NCBI GenBank assembly: GCA_035703895.1
Contig: DASSXJ010000113.1
Location: 4,159-68,158, forward strand
DNA from: a bacterium
Lineage (GTDB): Bacteria; Sysuimicrobiota; Sysuimicrobiia; Sysuimicrobiales; Segetimicrobiaceae
DNA length: 64,000 nucleotides
Reading direction: 5' to 3'
Positions 37,592 through 47,829 of this stretch are shown here, one piece after another. Numbering within the stretch: position 1 is the stretch's first letter; the number at the start of each line of letters is the position of its first letter. Both the position numbers and the translations under genes were made by a program. The notes below the pieces were generated by a model. The model was not told where the DNA came from and ran no database searches. It saw nothing but the letters and a program-made list of their open reading frames with translations.

Positions 37592-39175
37592 TTACTTACG
37601 CCGGAGGGAGTCCACCTCGAGGAAGTAGAGCGGGTGGAACTTGAACCCGGTGATGCCGGCGCGCGCCCCCACCAGGTTGGTCGGCTGCGCGAGAAACACA
37701 TAAGGGGAGTCGGGGGCGGCCAGCATTGTGTTGTACTGTTCGTACATTTTCTCCCGGCTCGGGACGTCCGCCGTCTTCTGCGCCTGCGAGACAAGCTTGG
37801 CCGCCTCGGGGTTCTGCCAGTGCAGGCGCTTGTTGATGAACCCGGTCACAAAATACGACCAGTTGTCCGGATCCATGTAGTCGGGGAACCAGAACCCGAT
37901 CGCGGTCTGGGGTTTGCCCTGGCGGTAGAAGGTGAGGAAGATCGACTGCTGTACCGGCTGGAGGCGGAGGTCGATCCCCACCTTGCCGAGGTCTCCCCGA
38001 AGCTTCTGCGCCAGCCGGTCGAGCGGAAGCGCGCCATAGTTCGTCCCAGAGGCCCAGGTGAGGGGCACACCGGCCCGGCTGACGCCGGCCTCTTTCAGGA
38101 GCGCGGCCGCTTTGGATGGATCGTGTTTGTAGAGCAGTTGTGTGTTAAGCGACTCGGGGAATCCCAACATCCCGGGCATCATGATGCTCCCGATGCGGCG
38201 CCCGTGACCGCGCATGATGCCCGAGACGATGCCGTCATAGTCGATCGCGTATTTGACCGCCTCACGGACCTTGATGTTGTCCCAGGGTGCCACGCTGGTG
38301 TTGAGCCCCATGTACACCGTGTAGGCGGACGGATCTTCAAACAGCGTGACGCCGGACTTCCCCTTCAGGCCTTCCGCTTGATCCACGCTCAGGTCGAGAG
38401 CCATGTCCACATCGGCCCGCTGGAGGGTGAGCGATTGCGTGCTCGGATCCTTGATATGCTTGACGATGACCTCACGGAAGAACGGCTTGGACCCGTAATA
38501 TTTCTCGTTCCGCTCGAGGACGATCTCGGTCTCGCGGGTGTACCGCTGGAGGACATACGGTCCCGCGCCTGCCGAATGCGAGTAGAACCACTGCTCGGCC
38601 TTGTCGAGGGAGTCCGCCCCAACGGTTTCCACGCCGCCCTGCGCGCGGACCGTCTTGCTGTCGACGATGGAAAACACCCCCGCGGCCAGCGCGGCAAGGA
38701 ACGTCGCGTCGGGCCCGCCCAGGATCACGCGCACGGTCCGCGGATCGACAATCTCGACGGTCTTAAGCGGATCGGCGAGGAACGAGCCGTAGCCTTTGAT
38801 GTTCTTTGCCCGCAGCAGGGAGAAGCGGACGTCCTCGGAGGTCACGGGGTTCCCGCTGGGAAACACCGCATCCTTGCGCAGCGTGAACGTGTAGGTCGTA
38901 GCGTCCGAACTCACGCTCCATGACTCGGCCAGGTCGCCTTCGATCTTCCAGAAATTCGGCGCCCGTTGCCTGACGAGGCGGCTGTAGATGGGAAACTGGA
39001 GAAAGACGCCGCCGACGTCGTACGACTTGCTGGGATCTGGAGTACGGATATCGGAGATGTCCTTCGCAACGACAAGAACGTCGGTGCGAGCGGCGGCGAT
39101 CGTCGACGTCCCGGAAAGGCCCAGGGACAACCCCACGGCGACGACGGCCGATATGACTCGGGCCATCGAGTTCAT
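37592..39175 (-). CDS. ABC transporter substrate-binding protein, family 5
   Basis: 527 aa with signal peptide MNSMARVISAVVAVGLSLGLSG. First gene of the operon that continues into the permeases, the dehydrogenase, the CoA ligase and the thioesterase. Confidence 0.85.
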   Translation of the reverse strand: MNSMARVISAVVAVGLSLGLSGTSTIAAARTDVLVVAKDISDIRTPDPSKSYDVGGVFLQFPIYSRLVRQRAPNFWKIEGDLAESWSVSSDATTYTFTLRKDAVFPSGNPVTSEDVRFSLLRAKNIKGYGSFLADPLKTVEIVDPRTVRVILGGPDATFLAALAAGVFSIVDSKTVRAQGGVETVGADSLDKAEQWFYSHSAGAGPYVLQRYTRETEIVLERNEKYYGSKPFFREVIVKHIKDPSTQSLTLQRADVDMALDLSVDQAEGLKGKSGVTLFEDPSAYTVYMGLNTSVAPWDNIKVREAVKYAIDYDGIVSGIMRGHGRRIGSIMMPGMLGFPESLNTQLLYKHDPSKAAALLKEAGVSRAGVPLTWASGTNYGALPLDRLAQKLRGDLGKVGIDLRLQPVQQSIFLTFYRQGKPQTAIGFWFPDYMDPDNWSYFVTGFINKRLHWQNPEAAKLVSQAQKTADVPSREKMYEQYNTMLAAPDSPYVFLAQPTNLVGARAGITGFKFHPLYFLEVDSLRRK

Positions 39176-39327
39176 ATCGTACCCTCCTCCACTGACATGC
39201 TCGGCTGGTGCCTTCTGGTCCTACGGAGAAACTCCTCTCTTCCGGTCAGTCGGGATGAGATCGACCGCCTGGGAGAGAACGGAACGTTGCCGTGTTCTAC
39301 AAGGACCTGACGCGAAGGGGGAGACAC

Positions 39328-40317
39328 ATGAAGTTCGGCCTGACGCTTCCGAATCGCGGGGTGCTGTTTGGCGCCATCACGCCGAATCAAATGCTCGAGA
39401 TGGCCGAGGTTGCCGATCGGTCGGAGCGGTTCGATTCTGTGTGGGTGGGTGACAGCCTGTTGGGAAAACCGCGGATGGAAAGCATCGCCTTGATGGCGGG
39501 AATCGCGGCGCGCACGAAGCGGGTGCGGATCGGCCCGGCCTGCATGGCGAGCTTCCCGCTCCGCGATCCTGTGCTGCTCGCGTATCAATGGGCCAGCCTC
39601 GATCTGCTCGCCGGGGGGCGCACCATTCTGGTCGCCTGTACCGGCATCGTCCCTCAGGCGGGCGGCGCCGCCGAAGATGCCCACTACGGGGTCAACAACA
39701 AGGCCCGGGCCGAGCGGCTCGTGGAATGGATCACCGTCCTCAAACGGCTCTGGACCGAGGACAATGTCAGCTTCGAAGGGAAGCACTGCCGGCTACAGGG
39801 CATGACGATCGAGCCCAAGCCCGCGGCAAAGCCGTGGCCGCCCATCTGGATTGCCAACAACTCGCTGGCGTCGCGCGAGGTCGTTGAACGCACGCACCGG
39901 CGTGTGGCCCGCCACGCGGATGGTTGGATGACGTCCCTCTCCGATCCCAACGAGGTGGGGTGGCGCCTGCGCGATGTGCGTGAGAAGGCTCGCGAACTCG
40001 GTCGCAATCCCGCGGAACTCGAGACCTGCCTCTATCACAACATCAACGTCAACGAGGACCGGCCCGCCGCGCTCGCGGAGACCAAGCGATTCCTTGACAC
40101 ATATTACATGGTGGACATGCCCATGCATCGCGTCGAGAGCTGGACGGCCGCGGGATCTCCCGAGCAGTGCGTGGAGCATCTCCGCGTCTATGAACGGTTG
40201 GGAATCGATAGCGTGGCGCTCCGCTGCACGAGCTGGAACCAGATGGCCCAACTGCGCCGCGTGATCGCAGACGTCCTCCCGAGCTTTGCCGGCGCCTCGG
40301 CGCCGGCATCCGGATAG
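39328..40317 (+). CDS. LLM-class (luciferase-like) flavin-dependent oxidoreductase
   Basis: MKFGLTLPNRG...FDSVWVGDSLLGKPRMESIALMAGIAARTKRVRIG is the typical N-terminal region of F420/FMN-dependent LLM enzymes. GAAGGGGGAG RBS. Start at the internal ATG 39328. Confidence 0.85.
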   Translation: MKFGLTLPNRGVLFGAITPNQMLEMAEVADRSERFDSVWVGDSLLGKPRMESIALMAGIAARTKRVRIGPACMASFPLRDPVLLAYQWASLDLLAGGRTILVACTGIVPQAGGAAEDAHYGVNNKARAERLVEWITVLKRLWTEDNVSFEGKHCRLQGMTIEPKPAAKPWPPIWIANNSLASREVVERTHRRVARHADGWMTSLSDPNEVGWRLRDVREKARELGRNPAELETCLYHNINVNEDRPAALAETKRFLDTYYMVDMPMHRVESWTAAGSPEQCVEHLRVYERLGIDSVALRCTSWNQMAQLRRVIADVLPSFAGASAPASG

Positions 40318-40321
40318 GACG

Positions 40322-41362
40322 CTAGAACAGCGCACGTTCGCAGAACTCGCCCAGCAACCGGACAGTCGCTTCGAGATCCTCCTCGCGCACCGTCTCAATG
40401 GGGCTGTGCGAGTACCGCGTCGGGTAACAGACCAGGGCCGATGGGATACCTTTCCTGAGCAGCGCCGCAGCATCGGAGGCGTACGATTGGAAGGCGACGT
40501 GCTGGACGGGGATGTCCGCCGCCTCGGCCGCCCGGGCCAGCGCCTCGGTGAGCCCCCGATGGTACCTCACCGCGGAATCTTTGTGTACGAGCACAGGACC
40601 TCGTCCCAGCGCACAGGGCACTTCATCGGCGGACACGCCGGGGATGTCGCCGACCAGCCCGATGTCGATGGCAATGGCAAGGTCGTACTCTCGTCCGAGC
40701 CCGTCGGCCCCGATCAAACCGCCTTCTTCCTGGATTGTGGAGGCCACCCACACTTCGTAACCGAGGCGAGGCCGGACTGCCCGGCGGGCGACCTCGATCG
40801 CGATGGCCAGGGCCGCCCGGTCGTCCATCGCCTTTCCCACGATGTTGCCGCCGAGCCGGCGAGTTGACGGCGGGTTCCAGATGACCGAGACGCCGGGGTG
40901 AATGCCGAGCTTCTCCGCTTCTCCCCGCGACCGAAGCCCGAGGTCCACAAAGAGATCGTCCCAGCCGAGGACCTCGGACTCGCGCTTTGCCGCCGACCTG
41001 AGATGACCTGTGCGGGCTCCAACCACGCCCGGCACGGTTCCGGCGGCGGTCATGACGAGGCAGTGCTGACCGGCCAGCGTGGAGGACGGGGGCATCCGAG
41101 AGCTGAGCGGCCCTCCGCCCGCCATGAGACGGAGAAACCCGTCCGCGGTGATGCTCCGAACGATCACGGCGATCTCATCGGCGTGCGCCAGCAGGACGGC
41201 CCGTTTGCCCCGACCGCCCACCTTTGCCAGCACGTTCCCCACGGGCGTCGCAGCGACCTCGCACCCTGCGTCCCGCAACGCCTCGGCCGCGAACTCCTGA
41301 ACCTCCTTCTCGTATCCGCCCGGACCCGCCAAATCGCACAAGGCTTTCACGAGCTCAAACAT
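40322..41362 (-). CDS. M42-family metallopeptidase (glutamyl aminopeptidase/FrvX-like)
   Basis: 346 aa. N-terminus MFELVKALCDLAGPGGYEKEV and the HADEIA metal-ligand region resemble M42 aminopeptidases. Last gene of an ABC-importer operon. Confidence 0.8.
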   Translation of the reverse strand: MFELVKALCDLAGPGGYEKEVQEFAAEALRDAGCEVAATPVGNVLAKVGGRGKRAVLLAHADEIAVIVRSITADGFLRLMAGGGPLSSRMPPSSTLAGQHCLVMTAAGTVPGVVGARTGHLRSAAKRESEVLGWDDLFVDLGLRSRGEAEKLGIHPGVSVIWNPPSTRRLGGNIVGKAMDDRAALAIAIEVARRAVRPRLGYEVWVASTIQEEGGLIGADGLGREYDLAIAIDIGLVGDIPGVSADEVPCALGRGPVLVHKDSAVRYHRGLTEALARAAEAADIPVQHVAFQSYASDAAALLRKGIPSALVCYPTRYSHSPIETVREEDLEATVRLLGEFCERALF

Positions 41363-41408
41363 TCCACTTGTCCCCCTTCTCTCCCGACTCGCCTTCAGGT
41401 GGCGCGGG

Positions 41409-42290
41409 CTACATCCTGAGCCGGGGATCGAGCGCGTCCCGCAGGCCGTCCCCGAACAGGTTGATCGCCATCACCATGATCATGATGGCGAGGCCCGGAA
41501 ACGTGGACAGCCACCACGCCGTGGTCATGAACGACCGGCCGTTGCTGAGCATCTCCCCCCAGTCCGGCGTGGGCGGCCGGACGCCCAGGCCGAGGAAGCT
41601 CAACGCGGCGCCGGCGATGATCGCACCGGGGATCCCGAGCGTGACCAGGACGATGACCGGGGCGGCGACATTCGGCAGCACGTGGCGGGCGAGGATGCGG
41701 GCGTCCCCACAGCCGGCCACTCGGGCGGCTTCAATATATTGGAGCTCACGGACCGCGAGGGTCGAAGCGCGCACCACCCGGATGAAGATGGGCATCCCCG
41801 AGACGCCGACCGCAATCATGGCGCTGCCGAGATTGGGGCCAAGAACGGCAATGATGACGAGGGCCAGCAGGATGCCGGGGAACGCCAGCATGACGTCGAC
41901 CAAGCGCATCACCAGGATGTCGACCGTCCCCCGCGCGTACCCCGACAGGAGCCCTAGGATCGAGCCTCCCACAACCGAGATGGTCACCGCGACCAGGCCC
42001 ATCGCCACCGAGACGCGCGAGCCGTAGATGATCCGGCTGAGGATATCCCGGCCGAACTGGTCGGTCCCCAGCCAGTGCCGCGCACTCGGCGGCTCGAGCG
42101 ATTCCGATACGTTGAGCCGGACCGGGTTGCCGTGAGCGAGCCCCTGGGCGGCGAGCGCGGTCGCGATAATCAGCAGGAAGATGACGCCGCCGGCGGTGGC
42201 CCCCTTGTTGCCGAACAGGCGGTGCAGCGCATCGCTCCACAACCCGCGAACACGCACCCGGCTCGGGCCGGCGTGGTCACCGGCGCTCAT
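41409..42290 (-). CDS. ABC transporter permease (DppC/OppC-like)
   Basis: LGTDQFGRDILSRIIYGSRVSV motif and C-terminal GDGLRDALDPRLRM. 4-nt overlap with the upstream permease. Confidence 0.85.
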   Translation of the reverse strand: MSAGDHAGPSRVRVRGLWSDALHRLFGNKGATAGGVIFLLIIATALAAQGLAHGNPVRLNVSESLEPPSARHWLGTDQFGRDILSRIIYGSRVSVAMGLVAVTISVVGGSILGLLSGYARGTVDILVMRLVDVMLAFPGILLALVIIAVLGPNLGSAMIAVGVSGMPIFIRVVRASTLAVRELQYIEAARVAGCGDARILARHVLPNVAAPVIVLVTLGIPGAIIAGAALSFLGLGVRPPTPDWGEMLSNGRSFMTTAWWLSTFPGLAIMIMVMAINLFGDGLRDALDPRLRM

Positions 42291-43210
42291 TCGAACCGGA
42301 TCCTCGGATCGATAAACGCGTAGGACAGATCGACCAGGAAGTTCATGACGACATAGATTAAGGCGAGGACGAGGATGACCCCCTGCACGGTTGGAAAGTC
42401 CTTGTTCTGAATCGAGTCGACGACGAGCTTACCAAGGCCGGGTCGTGCGAACACGGTCTCCGTGATGACGGCACCGCTCAGCAGACTGCCAAACTGCAAC
42501 CCCATCGCGGTGATCACAGGGATGATGGCGTTGGGCAGCGCGTGCCTCAGGATGACCACGGCGGCGTGGAGGCCTTTGGCGCGAGCGGTCGTCAGGTAGT
42601 CCAGCCGCAGCACCTCGAGAATGCTCGAGCGCACCAGACGCGCCAGCGTCGCCGCCGAGAGGAGCGCCAGCGACACCGATGGCAACACCAGGCCCCTGAG
42701 CCCCGGCTCGCTGGTCGCGGGAACCCAGCGAAAATGGACGGCAAACAGCATGATCAGCAGGAGCGCCAGCCAGAACACCGGAACCGAGATGCCGAAGAGC
42801 GCGACCACCATCGACAACGTGTCGGAGAGACTGTTCCGCCTGAGCCCGGAGATCAGGCCGAGGGCGAACCCGAGGAAGATTGCCAGCACCATCGCCACCA
42901 TCGCGAGTTCCAAGGTGTTCACCCACCGGCTCGAGATCTCCACGGTCACGGGCCGGTCCGTCTGCAGCGACCTGCCCAGGTCGCCGTGCAGCGCTTTCCA
43001 AATGAAATCGGTGTACTGGACATAAGCCGGACGGTCCAGCCCCATGGCGTGCCGGATCTGAGCCAGCCGCTCCGGCGTGGCTGTCCGATCGCCCACGTAG
43101 ATCGACGCCGGATCGCCGGGGATAAGGAAGAGCATCAGGAAGACGACCAGCGACGTCAGGAAGACGGTCGGAAACGCGAGCGCCACTCGCTTTTGGACAT
43201 AGTTCAACAT
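42287..43210 (-). CDS. ABC transporter permease (DppB/OppB-like)
   Basis: MLNYVQKRVALAFPTVFLTSLVVFLMLFLIPGDP... ends ...IDPRIRFE. Confidence 0.85.
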   Translation of the reverse strand: MLNYVQKRVALAFPTVFLTSLVVFLMLFLIPGDPASIYVGDRTATPERLAQIRHAMGLDRPAYVQYTDFIWKALHGDLGRSLQTDRPVTVEISSRWVNTLELAMVAMVLAIFLGFALGLISGLRRNSLSDTLSMVVALFGISVPVFWLALLLIMLFAVHFRWVPATSEPGLRGLVLPSVSLALLSAATLARLVRSSILEVLRLDYLTTARAKGLHAAVVILRHALPNAIIPVITAMGLQFGSLLSGAVITETVFARPGLGKLVVDSIQNKDFPTVQGVILVLALIYVVMNFLVDLSYAFIDPRIRFE

Positions 43211-43291
43211 ACGTGGCGGCCCCCCGGCACGTGTCCACGAGACCCCCTGGGCGCCGCGCGAAGCCGCCTGAGGATCAGCCTGGCCGCGGGC

Positions 43292-44917
43292 CTACTTCCT
43301 CAGCCACGTGTCGTAAAAGAGCATATTCGTGGACGACCAATCCAGCATCGCGCCCATGACTTTGCTCTTCTGATAGGCGAAGATGTTCAGCGGGTCGGCA
43401 AAATACACCATGATAGCCTCGTTGAGCGCCTTCATTTGAATACGCGTGTACATCTGCCTCCGCTTGGCCGGATCGGTGGTCCCCGCCGCCTCGTCGATGA
43501 GCTTGTCCATCTCGGCGTTTTTGTACCGGTTCCGGTTCGTCCCTCCATTGGCATTCGCCGAGTAGAAAAGAATCCGAACGACGTCAGGGTCGGTGTCCGT
43601 CTCCCACCAGAATTGAAGGTGATGCTGTCCTGCGCGGACGGCCGAGAAGTACCCCGATTGCGCCAACCCATGGAGGTCGATCTTGATCCCAATCAGCTGG
43701 TACATACCCTGCAGGAACGTGGCCATCGCCGTGGCGTCGCCGCTGTCGGAGCGGTAATACAGGCTGAGGACGAGATCCTGTCCGTCCTTTTCCCGGATGC
43801 CGTTGGGCCCCATCTTCCAACCGGCTTCGTCTAACAACGCGCCGGCCTTCTTGGGATCGTATTTGTAGACGTTGCACGTCGCCCGATCGTACCCAAATGT
43901 CGAAGACGTCAGCGGGCTGCACGCCGGCGCGTACAACCCCTGCCAGATCGCCTTGATCATGCCAACCTTGTCGACACCCCACTCCAGCGCCTGACGCACC
44001 CTGAGGTCGTCGGTGGGCGGCTTGGTCACGTTGATCATCATGGTGTTGCCCGACCCGGCCAGCGGCCCCTGGATCAACTGGATGGACCCGTCGTTCTGCA
44101 GATTGCGATAGTCCTGCGTGGGCACGTCCTGGATGACGTGGACCTCTCCGGACTTGAGCGCAGCGAGCCGCGTCGAGGCCTCGGGGATGATCCGCCAGCT
44201 GATGGCATCCAGGTACGGCGGCCCCTGGTGTTTAAAGATCGACGGGGCCCAACGATAATCGGGGTTCCGGATCATGCGCACCACGTTATCGGTCTTGTAG
44301 GAATCGAACTGAAAGGGCCCTGTCCCCACGGGATGTGTCCCGAAGTCCTTCCCGTACTTCTTCACGGCTTCCGGCGAGACGGGCGCCAGCACCGATTGTG
44401 CGACCGAGCTCAAGAATGGCGCGTACGGATCTTTGAACTTCACGACGATCGTAGAGGGATCGAGTACCGTGCTGCCCTCATAGGGGCCGATGGCGGAGAA
44501 TGCCGACTGCGACTTCAGGTCGGGGTTGACGACGCGGTCGAAGGTGAATTTGACGGCCTCCGCGGTAAACGGGGTGCCGTCGTGAAACTTTACGTCCTTG
44601 CGAAGGTGAAAGGTGTACTGGTTGGCGGCCGCGTTGACCTCCCACCTCTCGGCCAGGCCGGGAACGAACACCCCCGGCTTGGATTCCCAGACCAGCGTGT
44701 CGAAGAAATGGTAGGAGATGCGTCCCACATCGCTGAAGGTGGTGATGTTGGGGTCCAGCGTGTCGAATCTGTTGGTGAGCCCGTACACCAGCTCACCCCC
44801 GGCCGCCGGCGGACCCGAGGGAGCCGCGAAGGCACCACGGCGGCCGCCAAGAACTCCACCGAGTGCTGCGGCCGCGCCGGCCCCAAACGCCGCACGTATG
44901 AACAGACGGCGCGACAT
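43292..44917 (-). CDS. ABC transporter substrate-binding protein, family 5, with twin-arginine-like signal
   Basis: Start at ATG 44917: MSRRLFIRAAFGAGAAAALGGVLGG (an S-R-R-x-F motif). The rest matches SBP_bac_5 layout. Confidence 0.85.
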   Translation of the reverse strand: MSRRLFIRAAFGAGAAAALGGVLGGRRGAFAAPSGPPAAGGELVYGLTNRFDTLDPNITTFSDVGRISYHFFDTLVWESKPGVFVPGLAERWEVNAAANQYTFHLRKDVKFHDGTPFTAEAVKFTFDRVVNPDLKSQSAFSAIGPYEGSTVLDPSTIVVKFKDPYAPFLSSVAQSVLAPVSPEAVKKYGKDFGTHPVGTGPFQFDSYKTDNVVRMIRNPDYRWAPSIFKHQGPPYLDAISWRIIPEASTRLAALKSGEVHVIQDVPTQDYRNLQNDGSIQLIQGPLAGSGNTMMINVTKPPTDDLRVRQALEWGVDKVGMIKAIWQGLYAPACSPLTSSTFGYDRATCNVYKYDPKKAGALLDEAGWKMGPNGIREKDGQDLVLSLYYRSDSGDATAMATFLQGMYQLIGIKIDLHGLAQSGYFSAVRAGQHHLQFWWETDTDPDVVRILFYSANANGGTNRNRYKNAEMDKLIDEAAGTTDPAKRRQMYTRIQMKALNEAIMVYFADPLNIFAYQKSKVMGAMLDWSSTNMLFYDTWLRK

Positions 44918-45295
44918 GCGACCATTCAGCCACCCTCCCGCCCCATGACTGTCGCGCCCTTCGGGCACCTTCCTGATCGGGGATGTCATCGCGCTCCTCC
45001 TCCCTTGGGATGACGGGTCAAATCCGGTCGCGAGCCCTCACCGGGGCCATCTCATCGATTCGGCGGCAGGCATGCCGCTTCAGATCTCGGAGCGACTGCG
45101 CAAAGAACGTCAGCATCCGCTCCCCTCGTGAATGTAGATCGTCGGTCGCCGGGATTTGGAGGTGTCATCGAAATGATAGCGCTGAGAGTGCCGACAGTCT
45201 ACCGGACGTGGTGCCGGAGGGGTTGCGCCACCGGCACAGAACTCCGGTCTACGCAAGCCATCGCCGCTCTCCGGCTGGATGTGCCCGGCCGGCCA

Positions 45296-46900
45296 ATGAT
45301 GCGGCAGACCCGGAGGAAGATGACGATGACCCATGCCCGCCTCGTCTGCCTGCTCCTCACGACCGTCTTGACGGTGACCGCGGCGGTGCCCGGCATCGGT
45401 GCGCAGGTCCGCGGCGGGACGCTCAACCTCGTGATCGAGTCCGATCCGCCCTCCCTCGATCCGCATAAGACGCCGTCGGCGGATCTCACCCACCAGCTGA
45501 TCTACGGCACGCTCGTCACGGTCGACAGGAACACGGGCGAGTTCATCCCCTCCCTGGCCGACTCGTGGTCCCTCGGGGAAAACGGCCGGGTGATTACGTT
45601 CAAGCTGCATCCCGGGGTGAAGTTCCAGGACGGCGCCCCCTTGACATCCCAGGCGGTGCAGGCAACGATCGAGCGGCTGGTAAATCCCGCGACGGCGGCG
45701 CCGGGGGCGAGCTGGATCGGGCCGATCGAACGGGTCGAGACCCCGGATGAGCTCACCGCGCGGCTCGTGTTCAAGCAGCCCTACGCCCCCATCTTTTCCT
45801 CGCTCCGCATCGCGTTCCTGGCCATGCTCTCCCCCGCAGCCATGGCGAAGCTGGGGAAGGACTACGGGCAGAATCCGGTCGGGACCGGCCCGTTCAAGTT
45901 CCGGCAGTGGATTCCGGGGGACCGGATCGTGCTGGACCGTAACCCCGACTACGCGTGGCCCCCGGGGTTCTACAAGAATCGCGGCGCGCCCTACGTCGAT
46001 GGGGCTGTGGTGCGGATTATCCCCGATGAGTCGACGCGCGTGATCGCCTTCGAGCGCGGCGACCTCGACGTCCTGCCGGCCACCCCGGCGCGCGAAGCGA
46101 GCCGGCTGATGCGGAGCGGCAAGTACCAGGTGTTCCGGACGCCGATCGACGGCGGCCTGTACCTCGGCCTGAATGTCACCAAGCCGATCCTGAGCGACGT
46201 GCGCGTCCGCCAGGCGCTCGGGTGGGCGGTCAATCGGGACGAGGTCGTCAACTACGCACTGGAGAAGCTCGCGGTCCCGATGGACAGCCCACTCGCACCG
46301 ACGATCTGGGGGTACGCGCAGGGCCTGAAGAACGCCTATCACTACGATCCCGAGCGGGCGCGGCGGCTGCTGGCGGAGGCGGGATGGAAACCCGGCTCTG
46401 ACGGCATCCTCCAGAAGGACGGCCGGCCGTTTACGTTCACGGTCTGGACATACCCGCTCGAGACCAACGTGCGCGTGGCGATCGTCCTGCAGACCCAGCT
46501 CAAGAAAGTCGGGATCAGGATGAACATCGAGCAGATCGAGACCGCCACGCTCCTCGCGCGCACGCCGAAGGGCGAGCACGACGCAATCCTGATCAGGTAC
46601 GGCTGGCCGGACGCCGATATTCTCTACTATTTCTTCCACAGCAGCCGGATGGCAAGCACAAACCGCGTGCACTTCTCCAACCCGGAGGTCGACCGCCTTC
46701 TCGACGAGGGCCGCGTCACCGTGGATCCCGAGAAGCGCCGTCAAACGTACCGGCAGCTCCAGGAGATACTGCTCCAGCAAGCGCCCTGGATTCCCCTGGC
46801 GAGCCCGTACACGATCACGCTCGCGCACCCGTGGGTCCACGATCTCTACGTAGACAAGTACGGCAACCTGCTTACAAACGACCTGTACATCCGCAAGTAG
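45296..46900 (+). CDS. ABC transporter substrate-binding protein, family 5
   Basis: Start about 45296-45320 (MMRQTRRKMTMTHARLVCLLLTTVLTVTAAVPGIGAQ). The upstream part of the ORF from 45128 is unlikely. Confidence 0.85.
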   Translation: MMRQTRRKMTMTHARLVCLLLTTVLTVTAAVPGIGAQVRGGTLNLVIESDPPSLDPHKTPSADLTHQLIYGTLVTVDRNTGEFIPSLADSWSLGENGRVITFKLHPGVKFQDGAPLTSQAVQATIERLVNPATAAPGASWIGPIERVETPDELTARLVFKQPYAPIFSSLRIAFLAMLSPAAMAKLGKDYGQNPVGTGPFKFRQWIPGDRIVLDRNPDYAWPPGFYKNRGAPYVDGAVVRIIPDESTRVIAFERGDLDVLPATPAREASRLMRSGKYQVFRTPIDGGLYLGLNVTKPILSDVRVRQALGWAVNRDEVVNYALEKLAVPMDSPLAPTIWGYAQGLKNAYHYDPERARRLLAEAGWKPGSDGILQKDGRPFTFTVWTYPLETNVRVAIVLQTQLKKVGIRMNIEQIETATLLARTPKGEHDAILIRYGWPDADILYYFFHSSRMASTNRVHFSNPEVDRLLDEGRVTVDPEKRRQTYRQLQEILLQQAPWIPLASPYTITLAHPWVHDLYVDKYGNLLTNDLYIRK

Positions 46901-46908
46901 GGACCGAC

Positions 46909-47829
46909 GTGCAGCGCTACATCGCCCAGCGGCTCCTGCAACTCGCGCCGGTCCTGCTGAGTGTCTCGATCCTCGTCTTCCTGATGATCCATCTGGTGCC
47001 GGGCGATCCGGTCCAGGTGATGCTTCAGGATTACGGCTCCTCAGAGCAGGCGGCCACGCTGCGGCATGCGCTTGGACTCGACAGGCCGCTCGTGGTTCAG
47101 TACGGGTCATTCGTGTGGCGCGTGTTGCACGCGGACCTCGGGCGATCGATCCGGACCGGCCGGCCGGTCGCATCCGAGATCGGCCTTCGCCTCCCCTACA
47201 CCCTCAGGCTCACGGCGGCCAGCATGGCGGTCGCGATCGCCCTTGGCCTCGCGCTGGGCACGGTCGCGGCGATGCGGCATCGAGGCCTCCTCGACTACGC
47301 GGCGATGGTCGCCGCGCTGGCGGGGATTTCTCTCCCGAGTTTCTGGTTCGGGCTGGTGCTGATCCTGATCTTCTCGTACCATCTGCGCTGGTTTCCCCCA
47401 GCGGGTGCCGACAGCGCCGCGAGCCTGATCCTCCCGGCCATCACGCTCGGCGCGTCTGCGGCCTCGATCATCGCTCGTCTGAGCCGGAGTAGCCTGCTGG
47501 AGGTGCTCCGGCACGAGTTTATCCGGACGGCGCGGGCCAAAGGGTTGGGGGAATTGCGGATCTTGTACCGACACGGGCTCCGGAACGCGCTCATCCCGGT
47601 GCTGTCGATCGTCGGGCTGCAGTTCGCCGGGCTCCTGGGCGGGGCCGTCATCATCGAATCGGTCTTCGGGTGGCCCGGGCTCGGCCGGCTGGCCGTCGAC
47701 GCAATTTTCAACCGGGATATCCCGACGATCCAGGGAATTGTCCTGGTCGCCGCCGCCATCTTCGTGGCGGTGAACCTCTGCGTAGACCTCCTCTATGCTC
47801 TCGTCGACCCGCGGATCCGCTTCCAGTGA
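46909..47829 (+). CDS. ABC transporter permease (DppB/OppB-like)
   Basis: GTG at 46909 gives VQRYIAQRLLQLAPVLLSVSILVFLMIHLVPGDP, the canonical DppB N-terminus. Ends ...VDPRIRFQ. Confidence 0.85.
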   Translation: MQRYIAQRLLQLAPVLLSVSILVFLMIHLVPGDPVQVMLQDYGSSEQAATLRHALGLDRPLVVQYGSFVWRVLHADLGRSIRTGRPVASEIGLRLPYTLRLTAASMAVAIALGLALGTVAAMRHRGLLDYAAMVAALAGISLPSFWFGLVLILIFSYHLRWFPPAGADSAASLILPAITLGASAASIIARLSRSSLLEVLRHEFIRTARAKGLGELRILYRHGLRNALIPVLSIVGLQFAGLLGGAVIIESVFGWPGLGRLAVDAIFNRDIPTIQGIVLVAAAIFVAVNLCVDLLYALVDPRIRFQ

